From NCBI GenBank assembly GCA_950097015.1, contig CATNEN010000024.1:6882001-6946000 (forward strand): 64,000 nucleotides of DNA, in the 5' to 3' direction. The stretch is from Macrostomum hystrix. Taxonomy: Eukaryota > Animalia > Platyhelminthes. This document shows positions 62,362-64,000 of the stretch, one piece after another. Every line of letters starts with the position of its first letter. The first letter of the stretch is position 1. The notes below the pieces were generated by a model. The model was not told the DNA's origin and did not search any database. It saw only the letters and a program-made list of their open reading frames with translations. A program made the translations under genes and the position numbers.

Positions 62362-63920
62362 TATGAGACAGGGGAGAGATGAGACAGGCGAGAGATGAGA
62401 CAGGGGAGAGATGAGACAGGGGAGAGATGAGACGGAAGAGAGATGAGACAGGGGAGAGATGAGACAGAAGAGAGATGAGACAGGGGAGAGATGAGACAGG
62501 GGAGAGATGAGACAGAAGAGAGATGAGACAGGGGAGAGATGAGACAGGGGAGAGATGAGACAGGGGAGAGATGAGACAGGGGAGAGATGAGACAGGGGAG
62601 AGATGAGACAGAAGAGAGATGAGACAGGGGAGAGATGAGACGGAAGAGAGATGAGACAGGGGAGAGATGAGACAGAAGAGAGATGAGACAGGGTAGAGAT
62701 GAGACGGAAGAGAGATGAGACAGGGGAGAGATGAGACGGAAGAGAGATGAGACAGGGGAGAGATGAGACAGGGGAGAGATGAGACAGGGGAGAGATGAGA
62801 CAGAAGAGAGATGAGACAGGGGAGAGATGAGACAGGGGAGAGATGAGACAGGGGAGAGATGAGACACGGGAGAGATGAGACAGGGGAGAGATGAGACAGG
62901 GGGAGATGAGACAGGGGAGAGATGAGACACGGAAGAGATGAGACGGAATAGATGAGACAGAAAAGAGATGAGACAGGGGAGAGATGAGACAGGGGGAGAT
63001 GAGACAGGGGAGAGATGAGACAGGGGGAGATGAGACAGGGGAGAGATGAGACAGGGGGAGATGAGACAGGGGAGAGATGAGACACGGAAGAGATGAGACG
63101 GAATAGATGAGACAGAAAAGAGATGAGACGGGGGAGAGAAATGGGAGATACGGGACAGATGAGACAGGGAGGGATAAAACAGGGGAGAGATGAAACAGGG
63201 GAGAGATGAGACACAGCAGAGATGAGACACGGGAGAGATGAGACAGGGGGAGATGAGACACGGGACAGATGAGACAGGGGAGAGATGAGACAGGGGGAGA
63301 TGAGACAGGGGAGAGATGAGACAGGGGGAGATGAGACAGGGGAGAGATGAGACAGGGGGAGATGAGACAGGGGAGAGATGAGACACGGAAGAGATGAGAC
63401 GGAATAGATGAGACAGAAAAGAGATGAGACGGGGGAGAGAAATGGGAGATACGGGACAGATGAGACAGGGAGGGATAAAACAGGGGAGAGATGAAACAGG
63501 GGAGAGATGAGACACAGCAGAGATGAGACACGGGAGAGATGAGACAGGGGGGAGATGAGACGGGGGAGAGAAACGGGAGACACGGGAGAGATGAAACAGG
63601 GAGGGATAAAACAGGGGAGAAATGAGACAGGGGAGAGATGAAACAGGGGAGAGATGAGACAGGGGAGAGATGAGACAGGGGAGAGATGAGACAGGGGAGA
63701 GATGAGACAGGGGAGAGATGAGACAGGGGAGAGATGAGACAGGGGAGAGATGAGACAGGGGAGAGATGAGACAGGGGAGAGATGAGACAGGAGAGAGATG
63801 AGACAGGGGAGAGATGAGACAGGGGAGAGATGAGACAGGGGAGAGATGAGACAGGGGAGAGATGAGACAGGGGAGAGATGAGACAGGGGAGAGATGAGAC
63901 AGGGGAGAGATGAGACAGGA
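62362..63920. repeat. Polypurine minisatellite, 16-bp unit GAGATGAGACAGGGGA with 150/300-bp block duplications
   Basis: About 97 units; the marker GACACGGAAGAGATGAGACGGAATAG recurs near 62925, 63075 and 63375. Confidence 0.96.
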
Positions 63921-63944
63921 TACTATAGGCGTTGGAAGGGGCAA

Positions 63945-64000
63945 CTGGCCGGACTTATGAGCTTCGAGGGCCGCATCTGGCCCGCGGGCCGGAGTTTGCC
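63945..64000 (-). mobile_element. Subterminal end of a hAT (Charlie/MER58-like) non-autonomous element, cut by the window edge
   Basis: Reverse complement GGCAAACTCCGGCCCGCGGGCCAGATGCGGCCC resembles the hAT-MITE subterminal motif GGCAAACTACGGCCCGCGGGCCAAATCCGGCCC (recalled, not searched). The TIR would lie just beyond 64000. Confidence 0.6.

Overview
This is eukaryotic (metazoan) genomic DNA, not prokaryotic. GC-rich exons, short GT-AG introns and very dense simple repeats resemble a free-living flatworm such as Macrostomum (inference only). Four protein-coding genes are well supported: (1) a KChIP/calsenilin-type neuronal calcium sensor (-, 2917-3576, coding region uninterrupted); (2) a TNFAIP8/TIPE-family gene (-, main exon 8627-9255, small upstream exons); (3) a 3-exon secreted, probably GPI-anchored GlpQ-type glycerophosphodiester phosphodiesterase (+, 17097-20418, 387 aa); (4) a 3-exon, 7-EC delta-type protocadherin (-, 28118-22091, 1200 aa). 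About 34 distinct tandem arrays (4-95 bp units) cover roughly 28 kb (~44%) by my hand tally and explain most long ORFs in the track. Also present: two copies of a tRNA-derived SINE (one full-length with a TSD), a second tRNA-headed SINE with a CORE-like domain, a tail-only retro-insertion, and a hAT-MITE end at the right edge. No CRISPR array, rRNA or intact tRNA was found. The most interesting leads are: a 33-bp intronic array made of phase-0 CAG|GTG units that stay in frame with both flanking exons; hidden minus-strand exons near 39.9-40.2 kb carrying an eIF4E-binding-like motif; the bacterial/plant-type GDPD; and a possible operon-like minus-strand cluster at 3-11.6 kb.
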